From NCBI GenBank assembly GCA_951406725.2, contig OX597818.1, forward strand, positions 115,444,001 to 115,508,000: a stretch of DNA of 64,000 nucleotides. The letters are read 5' to 3'. Positions 52,004 through 64,000 of the stretch are shown here, in pieces. Position 1 is the stretch's first letter, and each line of letters starts with the position of its first letter. The notes under the pieces are model-generated. The model did not search any database, was not told the origin of the DNA, and worked only from the letters and a program-made list of their open reading frames with translations. Origin of the DNA: Octopus vulgaris (taxonomy: Eukaryota). Position numbers and translations under genes: made by a program.

Positions 52004-52569
52004 TGTGAAGCTTGTTTCCCGACCACATGGTTCCAGGTTCAGTCCCACTGCATGGCATCTTGGACAAGAGCCTTCTATTGTAGCCTCAGGTCAATCAAAG
52101 TCTTCTGAGTGGATGCAGGAAATAGAAACTGAAAGAAACCTCTTGTGCAAGTGTATGTCTATGTGTCCCACCACTGCCTGACAACCAGTGTTGGGGTGTA
52201 ACTTAGTGGGTCAGCAAAAGAGACTGATAGAATAAATACTAGGGTTCATAAAAACTAAGTATTTGGTGGGGTGGCGTGGGGGTTATTCATTTGAATAAAA
52301 ATGGCATTCTTCAAGGCAGCAGTGCCCCAGAATGGCAGCAGTGCCCCAGAATGGCAGCAGTCTAATGACTAAAACAAATAAAAGGTAAAAGACTGTAATT
52401 AATGGTGTTGTTATGCCTGAATTAGTGATTAGTGAATTTTTTGTTATGATTGAATATGGTGGCAATCACCATCATCATCATCAGCAGCAGCAGCAGCAAT
52501 ATGGTTCCTCAAAAATTCTGGGTTGGTGTTTGGTGTGTTGGAAGACGAATTGGTAGTGAGGCATCCCTT

Positions 52570-53170
52570 AACTTTTAGTTAAACTAACTTAGTTATCATT
52601 AAGCTAGTATTAGGAACATAAATTGCAACTAAGCTTTGGTGGAAGATTTTAATTCAAAACTTATGAAGACAAAACATTTGTACTACAGAGCCAGAGGCAG
52701 TTTCAACCGGATTGGTACCGAAAGGGTTAAAAATATCATGGTGACTTTAACCCTTTCGTTATCGTATTTATTTTGAGATGCTCTGTGTTTCTTTCAATTA
52801 ATTTTAAATATAACAAAGAATTTAGTAAAATAACTTAGTTGTCATTCAGCTAGTGTTAGGAACATTAATTGTGACTAAGGTTTGGTGGAAGATTTTAATT
52901 CAAAACTTATAAAAACAAGACATTTGTACTCAAAGCCAGAACCGGTTTCAGTCGGGTTGGTAACGAAAGGATTAATAATTGTTTCTCTATCATATATTTT
53001 AACCCCTTTGTGATCATATTTCTGCTGAGAAGCTCTAATCCCTTTCAATTAATTTTTAAAATAACAAAGAATTTTGTAAAATAACTTAGTTATCATTAAG
53101 CTAGTGTTAGGAAGATAAATTGTGACTAAGGTTTGGTGGAAGATTTTAATTCAAAACTTATGAGGACAAA
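52570..53170. mobile_element. Cluster of three piggyBac-like (TTAA) MITE units; complete unit 52751-52971
   Basis: ttaa|ccctttcgtta...taacgaaagga|ttaa; related copies near 27850-28083, 29210-29365, 44285-44490. Confidence 0.65.
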
Positions 53171-53264
53171 GTTATCTTAATAAATTTTTCATTATTCTCC
53201 AAACTGACTGAAACAAAATCTGTGTATTTCAACAGAAAAATGGTAACATAAGGGTTCAACCTAC

Positions 53265-53431
53265 CTTTCCCAGTGGCTTGTGGAACAGTGAATCCTGGCA
53301 TTAGAAACAGTGAACCAGTGCTGGCTTGGCCAGGTTTTAATTCGACAAACCCACATGTGGTTAACGAGCCAACAAGAAGCACAAGATTTCGGAGGGCTTG
53401 TTGACTGTCTTCACCCGGACTTAATTCTAAT
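53265..53431 (-). CDS. WDFY3: WDFY3 exon 3 (LELSPGEDSQ...PGFTVPQATGK)
   Basis: TTTCAG/GTAGGT, phase 2/1, 167 nt. Confidence 0.92.
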
Positions 53432-53955
53432 CTGAAACACAAGAAATTAATAAAGAAATACAAATTAATACAGGTAAAAAAAAATAAACAAAAAAAACAT
53501 TAAATTAGACAAATCATCATCTTATCTCTGCCCTCGTCCTTTTACATTCAAATTGAACCACCAACACTACCACCACTGCCACCACTGCCACTACTGCCAC
53601 CCCCACCTCCACTACTGCCACCCCCACCTCCACCACTACTACCCTAACCACTGCCACCACTCCACCACCACCATCAAGGTGGGGGACTGAAAGAATGGAG
53701 AATCCTTAGCATGCCAGACAAAATGCTTAATGGCATTTTTGTCCCTCTTTACGTACTAAGTTCATGTCTTGTCAAGGTCATTTTGGCCTTTTATCCTTTC
53801 AGAGCCCAAAAAATAAGTACCTGCTGAGCACTGGTATAAATTCTAATCGACTTACCTCACTCACACCAAAATTTCGACCACCTAAGCCATCACTGGACAG
53901 TCCAATGACGGCTTAGCTAACCATCAATATTATTCTTGGTAATACATACATATAC

Positions 53956-54017
<62 letters not shown>

Positions 54018-54131
54018 GTATATAGATACCCCATAAAACATTGTCTTATGCTTATTCTAATTTGAAAAGGTTTATATTTTTATTAATTGACATTTTGATG
54101 TTTCAGGTGCTATACATGTGATCGTTCAATC

Positions 54132-55060
54132 ATGTCACACACAAAAGAAGCCTTGGAACTGTCTGAATTTCAAAGAGGTCATCTTGTGGATCAATCTCAA
54201 GGTGGACTTAGTCAGTGTAAAATTGCAGAAAACCTTGGGATCCTGCTTCCTACAGTTAATAGAATAACTGTGCAATTCACCAGAGAGGGGAAGGAGTCCA
54301 CATCTCCTCACCCAGGTTGACCAGGGCCCTATCCTCTGACATAGTGGAACGTGTTGATGTCAGTCTTAGGACAGCTGTCAGGTATCTCCACAAACTTGGC
54401 TACTACGGCAGAGCAGCAAGTAGGAAGCCAATATCAAGCAGAGAAAAGTTTGGGACAGTGAGATGGAGAGGCCACTAGCATTTTGGACACTGTCATATTC
54501 TCTGAGAAGTTCAGATTTACTGTATTTTCTGACAGTGGTCGAGTGTGGGTCTAGAGACTCTGTGATCAAGAATTTCATGTGAAAAGATTGCAGCCAACAA
54601 TGAAACATGGCAGCTATTCTGTGATGGCCTGGGGAGCAATTTGGAGCAATGGTCGATCAGGGCTGGTGGAGTGTGAGGGAAACATAAACTCAGATAAATA
54701 CATGTCCATATTGCAGAAAGGACTCCTTCCAATCTTCTCCAGTGATTAAATGATTAAAGAAGGCTATTTATGGAAGTTAGGGCTCCTTGTCACACGGTTA
54801 AAAAGACCCAAGATTGGTTGGAAGAGAATGACATTAAAAAGTGTCCATGGCCAAGCCAGTCACCACCTCTGCAGCATAATGGACAGGACACTTAATAAAA
54901 AGAACAAGAAAACATCCTCAAAGCCAGATCTTTCAAGAATTCTCTATGAAATTGGGCAAGAAATTCCACAAGAGAATATTCATCATCTAATCAGTAGCAC
55001 GCCTTATAGGGTCCTTGCATTGAAAATGTTATGGGGCTTATCTACTGAATATAAGATATT
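54132..55060 (+). pseudogene. Tc1-family transposase remnant
   Basis: [11 protein letters not shown]...[38 protein letters not shown]...NSDKYMSIL; stops and frameshifts. Confidence 0.8.
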
Positions 55061-55448
55061 CACATTATAATAATGAATAAATAATTTGAATGAATAATTT
55101 CAGATTTAATTTACTTCTGTCATGTGTGAGTGCACGCACATGCACACAGATGACATTTTGGCGCCAGTATAATAATTAATATGACTAATTTAAGTATTAT
55201 ACTTCCTCCCCACCCAAATATTTAGCCTTGTGCTAATGAAGAAATAATTATCACCATCATTGACACATTTTTACTTGATTTATGTCATGGTGTCTTATAC
55301 AAAGGTGGCATTGATAATAAAACTGCAGTCTTGAGGGATGAGAGTGTACCTGCAAAACTCTCAAAAAAGGACCACAAGATATTTTTGTATAAAACACTGA
55401 TTTTGACAATACACACACACACATACACATGTGACTGAGACCTTTGGA

Positions 55449-55660
55449 AGGTGGCGAGCTGGCAGAAATGTTAGCACACCGGGCGAAATGCTTAGCGGTA
55501 TTTTGTCTGTCCTTGCGTTCTGAGTTCAAATTCCACCGAGGTCAACTTTGCCTTTCATCCTTTTGGGGTCGATAAATTAAGTACCAGTTGCGTACTGGGG
55601 TCAATCTAATCGACTGGCCCCCTCCCCCCAAATATCGGGCCTCGCGCCCAGAATAGAAAA
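55449..55660 (+). mobile_element. SINE family B (tRNA-like head). Other copies near 10935, 23275, 23528, 25490, 36920, 40706, 45550, 49440, 53690, 57868, 58122, 63205
   Basis: ggcgagctggcagaa...gagttcaaattcc...gactttgcctttcatcct...taagtaccagtt. Confidence 0.8.
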
Positions 55661-56471
55661 GAATGACTGAGACCTTTGGAATAGTGTCATGCTTGAGATG
55701 AAGACCCATCAAGCTGAGCAAAATCACAGTTGTGACAGAGACTAATGTCACACAAATTGGCACATAAAAGCACCTCGATGTCACACAAATGGCACCCATG
55801 CCAGTGGCACATAAAAGCAACCATTACACTCTTGGAATGGTTGGCATTAGGAAGGGCATCCAGCCACAGAAAACCCTGCCAAATCAGACCAGAGTCTGGT
55901 GCAGCCCTGGTCAAACCATCCAACCAATGCCAGCAGGGACAACAGACATTAGATGATGATGATGATGAAACATATATGGTGTCAGATCAAAATGTACCGG
56001 GACTGGTGCTATAAAATGAAAAACTACAACACATACCAATTTGGCATTTAATCCCTTTTGAAGTGGTCCCCTCCTGAAGCCATACACTTCATCCAGAGTA
56101 TATATACCACTAGTCATCCTTCTGTTCACATGACCCCCACCCCTCTTCTTCTAGCAAAGCTCAATCTTGTGACATCACAGCCCCCCCCTACATCCATCTC
56201 ATCTCAGTCCCACACCTGATGACTGCCGGTGATTTTGCATTTTTAAATGAATTAAGTAACTCATCATCATCATTAATTATCCAACATCCGTTTCCATACT
56301 GGCTTGAGCTGGACAGTCCGACAGGATCCAGTGAGCCACTGGGCTACACCATGCTTTATATCAGCTTCGACAGGTTTCCCATGGCTGGATATCCTTCCCA
56401 ACAATAACTGAAGTCAATAACGTTATTTTTTAGTAATAATAAAAAAAAAAGACAGAAAAGCAGGGACTTAC

Positions 56472-56658
56472 TTCAGTAGAAATTCCGAGAGGAAGATGTA
56501 ACCTTGGTTCGATCGAAAATCATCTAGCAACGTGTGAGATACTTCACTGGAGTCTTTGAGGAAACAGAAGACTGTCACTACCATTTCCACCATTTCAATG
56601 GGACACAAGTCTTGAGCTTGCTGCATGTTTTCTATACAGTGACGAACACAACCTTTTT
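56472..56658 (-). CDS. WDFY3: WDFY3 exon 2 (EKGCVRHCIENMQQAQDLCPIEMVEM...FLL)
   Basis: TTCTAG acceptor, GTAAGT donor, phase 1/2, 187 nt; absent from ORF track, translated by hand. Confidence 0.92.
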
Positions 56659-57006
56659 CTAGAAGAGACAGAACAGGAAAGAAAAGATAATTAAAACATT
56701 TATAGATTGACTCTTATAAGTATTATAAGGTATTTCATCAGCGACATCATTATTTTATATTATATTATTATTATTATTCTATGTTTGATTTTTGCTTTAC
56801 ATTTGTACAAGTTGGCTCCAAGTCTCACCCAGAGACCTCAAGAGACAACAAGTTAGAAGTTGATGTTATGCCTAGGGTGCCATATATTTGGTTTTGTACA
56901 TAGTGTTGTACTAGTGAATGTTTAAGAAACCATAACAAAATTATGTTTGTTTTAAAACTTGAGATTACATAGAAAGTATTTTGCATAGGATATTATAATA
57001 ATAATA

Positions 57007-57039
<33 letters not shown>

Positions 57040-57848
57040 GATGTTGCACAGTATACAATATTGTGAGGTTGTTGATTGAAAATATTGTGTCTACCGGGTG
57101 TTTGTACTGTCAAGTCACAAGTACCTCAGACAGACAGTACTTTATGCAATATGCGTGCAGTTCCAAGTAATGCCAACTTTTGCAATACATCTAGATTGTA
57201 GGGTAATTCTATGGTTTTCAGAAGTTTATTCAGACTGGGTGGTATTGAGCCTATTGCTCCGATGACAATAGGGATAATCTTTATGTTTGACTCTCATAGC
57301 TGCCACATCTTAGCGATCTCAATTCTCAGGTCTCCATATTTATCAATCTTTTCTTTTTCTTTCATGATGATATATTAATCTCCTGGCACTGCTATGTCAA
57401 TTATTAGGCACTCTTGTTTGTCCCCTTTAAAGGTTACTATATCCAGCCTTCAGTGTTCTAATACCGTGTCTGTCTGGAAGTCAAAGTCCCAGAGGATTTT
57501 TGCCTTCCCCTTTTCATCCATTACCTTTTCCAGTGTACGTTGGTACCAAGCACCCATAACCCTATATCCATACTTACAGCATAGTAGCCAGTGGAGGTTC
57601 TGGGCAACCTTGTTGTGTCTATGCTTGTACTCTTTCTGCACAAGACTTTTACAAGTACTAACAATGTGAGTCATACTTTCAACCCTCTTCTTACACATTC
57701 TGCAGTGGTCCATTGCCCATGTGTGGTATATATTCTTTTTCAATGTGTTGGTATTCAATGCCTGGTCCTGGGCAGCAATGATTAGGCTTTCAGTATTCTT
57801 TTTTAGGCCACCCTTGTTAAGCCACCTCCATGATGCTTCTTGGTCTTT
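57040..57848 (-). mobile_element. R4/Dong-like RLE non-LTR retrotransposon 3' fragment
   Basis: CCHC finger CRMCKKRVESMTHIVSTC, RHNKVA, KILWDFDFQTD, IDKYGDLRIEI; (TAA)n on both sides. Confidence 0.8.
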
Positions 57849-59741
57849 TATTATTATTATTATTATTAAGGCGACGAGCTGCCAGAATCATTAGTGTGCC
57901 GGGCAAACTGCTTAGTAGCATTTTGTCTGTCTTTACATTCTGAGTTCAAATTCTGCTGAGGGTGACTTTGCCTTTCAACCTTTCAGGATCAATCAAAAAA
58001 GTACCAATTACGCACTGGGGTCAATGTAATTGACTTAATCCCTTCCCCTAAAATTTGAAGCCTTGTGCTTCCAGTGGAAAGAATTATTATTATTATTATT
58101 ATTATTATAATTATTATGTAAAGGCAGTAAGCTGGCAGAATTGTTAGCGTGCTGGGCAAAATGCTTAGTAGTATTTTACTCATCACTATGTTCTGAGTTC
58201 AAATTCCACCGAGGTCGACTTTGCCTTTCATTCTTTTGGGGTTGATAAAATAAGTACCAGTGAAATACTGGGGGTCGATGTAATTGACTAGTCCCGTTAC
58301 CCCAAAACAGAAAATGGAGAAGTAGTGATTAACAACAATTGACATACATCAGTTGTTAGATGGGATGCAGTCTATTTGCATTGAATTAATAAATAATAAT
58401 TAGAAAATGTATATTTTTAAATCTGGCGAGAGATATTCAGCAACAGTACTTTGAAGTAATTTTCGTATTTTGGTCTCTTGCCTTCTTTCAACAGACAGAA
58501 AAATAAAAAGGATGGGTGTTGCTCAAATGGCTATCAACACTAATCTCTTCATATTCTATACTTAACTGAAAGATAATCCTTATCAACTAGGGCAACTGTA
58601 ATTCTCTTGCAGCGTTGATTAAACATTATTGGAGCAGAACCATTTAACAACAATTGCCTGACCCTGGGAGGTGCCCAGTGTAACAGGAGAGGTGTGTATG
58701 ATGACAGTTCTCAATATTCACAGCAATTAAGCAATTGAGAATCATTTCCATGTCTGAATAAAAACACCAGGATATTGCAAGTTTCACCGACCAAAGGAAA
58801 TTAGAAATTAGCAAATGAAACACTTTGTAGTTCTTCAGTAGTAGTCTGTTGATACAGTATGAAGGTGCATGGCCTAGTGGTTAGGGCAATCAGCTCACAA
58901 TCATAAGGTCATGAGTTCAATTCCTAGTGACACTTTGTGTCCTTCAGCAAGACAATTTATTTCACGTTGCTCCAGTCCATTCAGCTGGCAAAAATGAGTA
59001 GTACATGTATTTCAAAGGGCCAGCCTTGTCAAACTGTGTTGTGCTGAATCTCCCTAAGAACTATGCTAAGGGTACACGTGTCTGTGGAGCGCTCAGCCAC
59101 TTGTCCGTTAATTTCAGGAGCAGGCTGTTCCATTGATCATATCAGCCAGGACCCTCGTCGTCATAACCAACAGAGTGCTCCTTTATTGATACACTCTTTA
59201 TTAGAATGCGGCCATGCTGGGTCACTGCCTTTAAGAATTTTTAGTTAAATGAATCGATCACAGTAGTTTTTTATTCTTTTTAAGCCTGGTACTTATTCTA
59301 TTAGTCACTTTTTTTGATGAACCATAAGATTATGGGAACATAAACACACCAATACTGGTTGTCAAGAAGTGATGGTGGGGCAAACACACACACACACACA
59401 CAATGGGCTTCTTTCAGTTTCCCCCGACTAAATCCACTCACAAGGCTTTGGTCAGCCCGAGGCTATAGTAGAAGTCACTTGCCCAAGATGCCACCCAGTG
59501 GGACTGAACCCAGAACCATGTAGTTGGGAAGCAGTCACACCTTAAACCAGCGTTTCTCAACCAGGGTTCCCTGGAACCCTAGGGTTCTGCAAAAGGTTCC
59601 TAGGGGTTCCGCAAGAAAGAGAGATATAAGGTAATGCTAATTTCATGATCATAATATTACTATACACGCACAACATATTATTGGTTATTGTAATATAGAC
59701 ATCATCTTGTCTAACCTATTATGTTATCAATAAAATATAAC

Positions 59742-59791
<50 letters not shown>

Positions 59792-59852
59792 CATACATAT
59801 ATATATACATACATATATATATATACATACATATATATATACATATACATAC

Positions 59853-59898
<46 letters not shown>

Positions 59899-59932
59899 TA
59901 AGTTGAGTAGAGGTTAAAATAACCATCTAAGG

Positions 59933-60133
59933 CAGTGGTTTTCAACCAGGGTTCCGCCAGTACAGTGCAGGGGTTCCGCAAGAAGTTACAAAACTGCTAA
60001 AATCGGCAGTAATTTTTAAGTCTCCTGTGCAGATATGTGTACATAAGACTATTAAATTATTGCACAGGGGTTCCTCGAGCCAGTGGAATGTTTCCTTGGG
60101 GTTCCGCTCCAGCAAAAATGTTGAAAAGCACTG
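59933..60133. mobile_element. Inner hAT-type MITE
   Basis: TIR cagtggttttcaac / gttgaaaagcactg; 8-bp TSD atctaagg/atctaaag. Confidence 0.8.
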
Positions 60134-60837
60134 ATCTAAAGGATAGAAGTATCTATTACATTACCGGTATATTACCTATATTTAACCATGGACATACATG
60201 TGCAAACATATTATGTTCACAAGTTGTAGGTAAAGACGAGGATAAACATGGATTTATAAAGAATCAGAATTTGAAGAAAACAGAAAATGGAGAAGTAGTG
60301 ATTAACAACAATTGACGTACATGAGTTGTTAGATGGGATGCAGTCTGTTTGCATTGAATTAATAAATAATAATTGTTGTTCATCAGTACTTCTCCATTTT
60401 CTGTTTTCTTTAAATTTTACATATATATATATATATAAATAAATAAAAGGGCAAGCAACAGGCTGCTTAACCACATATATACATAGAATTTTTTTTAAAA
60501 AGTTCCTACCGATAATGGTTATATTTCCATACCGAAATCTACCCGGAAATAATTGGGTTTTTTTTTCTAAAATTAATAATTATTTACCCTTATATCATTA
60601 ATATATATATATAAGTAATAAGAGAGAGACCACATTCTTTAGTGGTGGATTCCCTTTGCGGATCTATTTCTAGCATTAGAGTGACCACATGTGGTCTCTC
60701 TCTTATTACTTGTATTAATAATTTTTACTGTATCACAGTTTTTTTTACGCTAGGCCACTTGGTGTTTTAAATTGATATTATTAATTAATATTCAATTTTT
60801 TCCACCCTTATTGTGATTTCAATTATATATATATATA

Positions 60838-61048
60838 TCGCCATGTTGATTCGTTAGTTACTGCACGCATATTTTTTTCTCTTCTTCTTTCTGTGTTTTT
60901 TTTCTCTGTGTATCTTTCTGTTGAAGAGCGTAGGCTCGAAACGTTAAAGACTTGTTTTATTTATATTTCCTGAGCGCCATACTAATACAATTGTTTGTTT
61001 GTTTTCCACCTGCCTTCATCTTTTGTCTATTTTCATAAAGCTTCCCTA
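60838..61048 (+). mobile_element. H2 short repeat element between (TA)n runs
   Basis: About 210-nt unit bounded by TA microsatellites and carrying the hammerhead-like motif. Confidence 0.5.
60913..60950 (+). ncRNA. Predicted minimal hammerhead-like motif (family H2, A6U core variant)
   Basis: UCUUU-CUGUUGA-A-GAGC(GUAG)GCUC-GAAA-CG-U-U-AAAGA; perfect stems I and II. Confidence 0.6.
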
Positions 61049-61357
61049 TATATATATATATATATATATATATTTCAACAATTGAGGGTAAAATTAATTA
61101 ATTATTAATCAATTTCACCAAGTATTCAGTATGTAAAGGGACCATTTTAGGCGAATTCAAAATATTACATTATATATAAGGGCTTAGTAAAATAAATTAC
61201 TTTGCCACATACTGAACTCATTAGAAATAGCAGCTAAAGAAATTTCTTCAGCTATTTCTAATACTTAAAGAAGATCTCTCTCAGATAGTGTTTGCCTAAA
61301 CCAACTCACAAAAGTATGGGGGAAAAAAACATTAAAAAATCAAGTGCAAAGGTTATT

Positions 61358-61409
61358 TGAGAACGTACGTTTCTAGATTAGTCAATTCGACATTTCTTTC
61401 GTCAGCTCA
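61358..61409 (-). ncRNA. Predicted hammerhead ribozyme (family H3), inverted copy on the WDFY3 sense strand
   Basis: Exact reverse complement of 61792-61843. Confidence 0.65.
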
Positions 61410-61791
61410 GAATTCCTTGAATCGGATTTGGGAACACTGAAAGTCGGGAGCATACCCTTTCGGCTTCTAATCACCTCTAGAATTCTGCTCGAACTAAAAG
61501 TGCTATCAAATTCGAATATGCAAGCGAAGAATTTCTGCTCTCCCCTTTCCACCAGCGTGGGTTAAAATTGACAAACACCATGTATTAACGGTGAAAACCG
61601 CAGCATTTAACAGAGAGAGATGAATTATAATTTCAACAATTGAGGGTAAAATTAATTAATTATTAATCAATTTCACCAAGTATTCAGTATGTAAAGGGAC
61701 CATTTTAGGCGAATTCAAAATATTATGTGGCAAAGTAATTTATTTTACTAAGCCCTTATATATAATGTAATATTTTGAATTCAAGGAATTC

Positions 61792-61843
61792 TGAGCTGAC
61801 GAAAGAAATGTCGAATTGACTAATCTAGAAACGTACGTTCTCA
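61792..61843 (+). ncRNA. Predicted minimal type I hammerhead ribozyme (family H3), plus copy
   Basis: UGAG-CUGACGA-stem II (AGA/UCU, GUC/GAC)-GAAA-CGUACG-U-U-CUCA; palindrome AACGUACGUU. Confidence 0.65.
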
Positions 61844-62016
61844 AATAACCTTTGCACTTGATTTTTTAATGTTTTTTTCCCCCATACTTTTGTGAGTTGG
61901 TTTAGGCAAACACTATCTGAGAGAGATCTTTAAGTATTAGAAATAGCTGAAGAAATTTCTTTAGCTGCTATTTCTAATGAGTTCAGTATGTGGCAAAGTA
62001 ATTTATTTTACTAAGC

Positions 62017-62068
<52 letters not shown>

Positions 62069-63450
62069 GTGATATTTACCACGTGAACTACAATGAAAAA
62101 ACATATCAGAAAGTTATGGTATATAATTTTGTTTTATGCAGGGGTTCCTTGAGACATGTAATTTATTTTAAGGATTATTCAAGGGTAAAAAGGTGGAGAA
62201 ACACAGCCTTCTACTCTTCATTATGCTATCATACTTCTAAGCCAATCAGGATTCCATAACTACAGCATTATGCTGCAAAGCTGTTTATAACATCACATGT
62301 CAAGGAACACTGCTTAACAGCATATAACCCTCTCTACTAAGCCATTGAAATTTTATCCATATTTATAGGCTTTCTGATAGAACAAAATACAAATATTATC
62401 TCTTAATACACAGCAATTTCTCTTCAAGATTTATAGAGATTTATTTTTCTTATTTTTACTTTCGGAGATTTTTTTGGGTTTTTTTTTTTCCTTTCTTTTC
62501 CCAATTTCATGAATGCAAAAGAAATAAAGAAGAAAAAAGTGTTATAAGGATTCTACAATTCTGAATCTATTTAGCATAGTTTTTGTTGTGCCTTGTAAGA
62601 GCCACGACACTAATAATAAATAACACATGAGTTCCGCCTATGTTGACTTAGCCGTTCATCATTTTGGGGTTGATAAAATAAGAGCCAGTTGAGCACTGGG
62701 GTTGATAGAATTGACTTAGACCCCCCTCCTAAATTACTGGTTTTGTGCCAGAATTTGAAATCAATAACAACAGCTTTTTAATATTCTCCCAAAGAGCCTG
62801 AGGGACCTACACAAAGTGGATGTAGGCGTTTTCAGATTAAAACTGGAGGCACAAATGAGGGTAGCGACATCAAACTCCCTTATTCACTAAATGCTACATA
62901 TCAGAGGAGGCTCTCAATAACAGTGTAGCAAAATGGTGGTGCCCCTGTATGGCCACAGCTTTGAGCTGAAACTGATAAAATAAATAAATAAAAAAAAAAT
63001 AAGTGATCTTTTGTTTAATGTACTGGTTAAACAATCAGTTCTTTCATTGTGGTTTGTGACCTTTTCAGTGAAAGACCTGACAAACAAACAATCAAGTGAT
63101 TGTTTAACCAGCACATTAAACAAATGCTCAATTCATTGGTTAGATATTTAACCAATTGACTAACAGTAAAGAAGTGAAACTGAACCTGTGAATGTGTTGT
63201 TATTGATTTCAAATTTTGATACAAAACCAGTAATTTAGGGGGAGGGACAAGTCGATTCCATCAACCCCTGTGCTTAACTGGTATTTATTTTATCAACCCA
63301 GAAATGTTGAAAGGCAAAGCTGACCTCAGCAGAATTCATGTGTTGTTGCTATTGACATGATGACTTTCCCAAGACACAAGGAAACTTGTTTCAACAGACG
63401 AATTCACATCAGGAATCTTGCAAACCAAATTCAAAAATGAAGATACTAAC

Positions 63451-63643
63451 CATGAATATATTTGACAACAGCCGGCGTCAATCCATGTCGCGAAAGTGTT
63501 ACCAGAATCTCACCAGCACTCTTACGCCAAGGAATGCTGTGTACATGACACCAGGAAGTGATAGCGTTAAATAACAAACTCAGGTCATCTTTCCTTGCCA
63601 GTTCTTCAGCAGGAGAAACATGACTGCACAGTCGAACAAGTAC
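63451..63643 (-). CDS. WDFY3: WDFY3 window exon 1 (VLVRLCSHVSPAEELARKDDL...VVKYIH)
   Basis: TTTGCAG acceptor, GTTAGT donor, phase 0/1, 193 nt. Confidence 0.93.
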
Positions 63644-64000
63644 CTGCAAACAGAACATATACAATTAATCTATACTTGAAGTAAATAAATCACACAGGTA
63701 CCCATTACTACAACCCACCCAAACTCCATCTTTTTTCACACATCGACTTACTCTTTTACTTGTTTCAGTCATTTGACTGTGGCCATGCTGGAGCACCGCC
63801 TTGAGTCGAGCAAATCGACCCCAGGACTTATTCTTTGTAAGCCTAGTACTTATTCTATCGGTCTCTTTTGCCGGACCGCTAAGTTACGGGGACATAAACA
63901 CACCAACATCGGTTGTCAAGCGATGTTGGGGGGACAAACACAGACACACAAACACATATATATATACATATATATGACGGGCTTCTTTCAGTTTCCATCT

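Larger units (their letters stand above)
61073..62025. mobile_element. H3 element: Penelope-like non-autonomous insertion with direct and inverted repeats
   Basis: Direct repeat 61073-61167 = 61631-61725; near-identical inverted segments about 61155-61420 vs 61726-62025; flanked by (TA)n. Confidence 0.7.
59548..62206. mobile_element. Outer hAT-type MITE inflated by nested insertions
   Basis: Left TIR cagcgtttctcaacc, degenerate right TIR ggtggagaaacacag; TSD ccttaaac/ccttctac. Confidence 0.5.
372..63643 (-). other. WDFY3: WDFY3/ALFY (BEACH-family autophagy scaffold) gene body, internal part: 31 coding exons in window
   Basis: Exon peptides are collinear with WDFY3 as I recall it (SPAEELARKDDL, LRESHRTRTVFRKVGGFVY, VPLTRVKCLVSMTTP, DVEGLYAAVKALVCVV, YPVTLMQF). 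All introns are GT-AG with matching phases; exon sum 5049 nt is divisible by 3. Confidence 0.95.

Overview
Eukaryotic, AT-rich, microsatellite- and SINE-dense animal DNA. The repeat landscape suggests an octopus or other coleoid cephalopod; this is an inference. The whole window lies inside one minus-strand gene, a WDFY3/ALFY (blue cheese) orthologue. I traced 31 GT-AG exons by hand (63643 down to 372). They splice in phase into an open 5049-nt (1683-codon) stretch covering the N-terminal helical region and the ConA-like region. The start codon lies beyond the right edge, and the PH/BEACH/WD40/FYVE exons beyond the left edge. Introns hold four or more SINE families, LINE fragments (CR1, RTE, R4/Dong-like RLE), a Tc1 remnant, hAT and piggyBac-like MITEs, minisatellites and many fold-back elements. 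The most notable signal is three unrelated repeat families that each carry a minimal type I hammerhead-ribozyme motif with a palindromic helix III, as known from Penelope-like elements. One of these is a tRNA-headed SINE-like element that occurs as tandem and head-to-head palindromic copies with a recurrent junction. Transposon boundaries are approximate. Ribozyme activity is predicted from sequence only.
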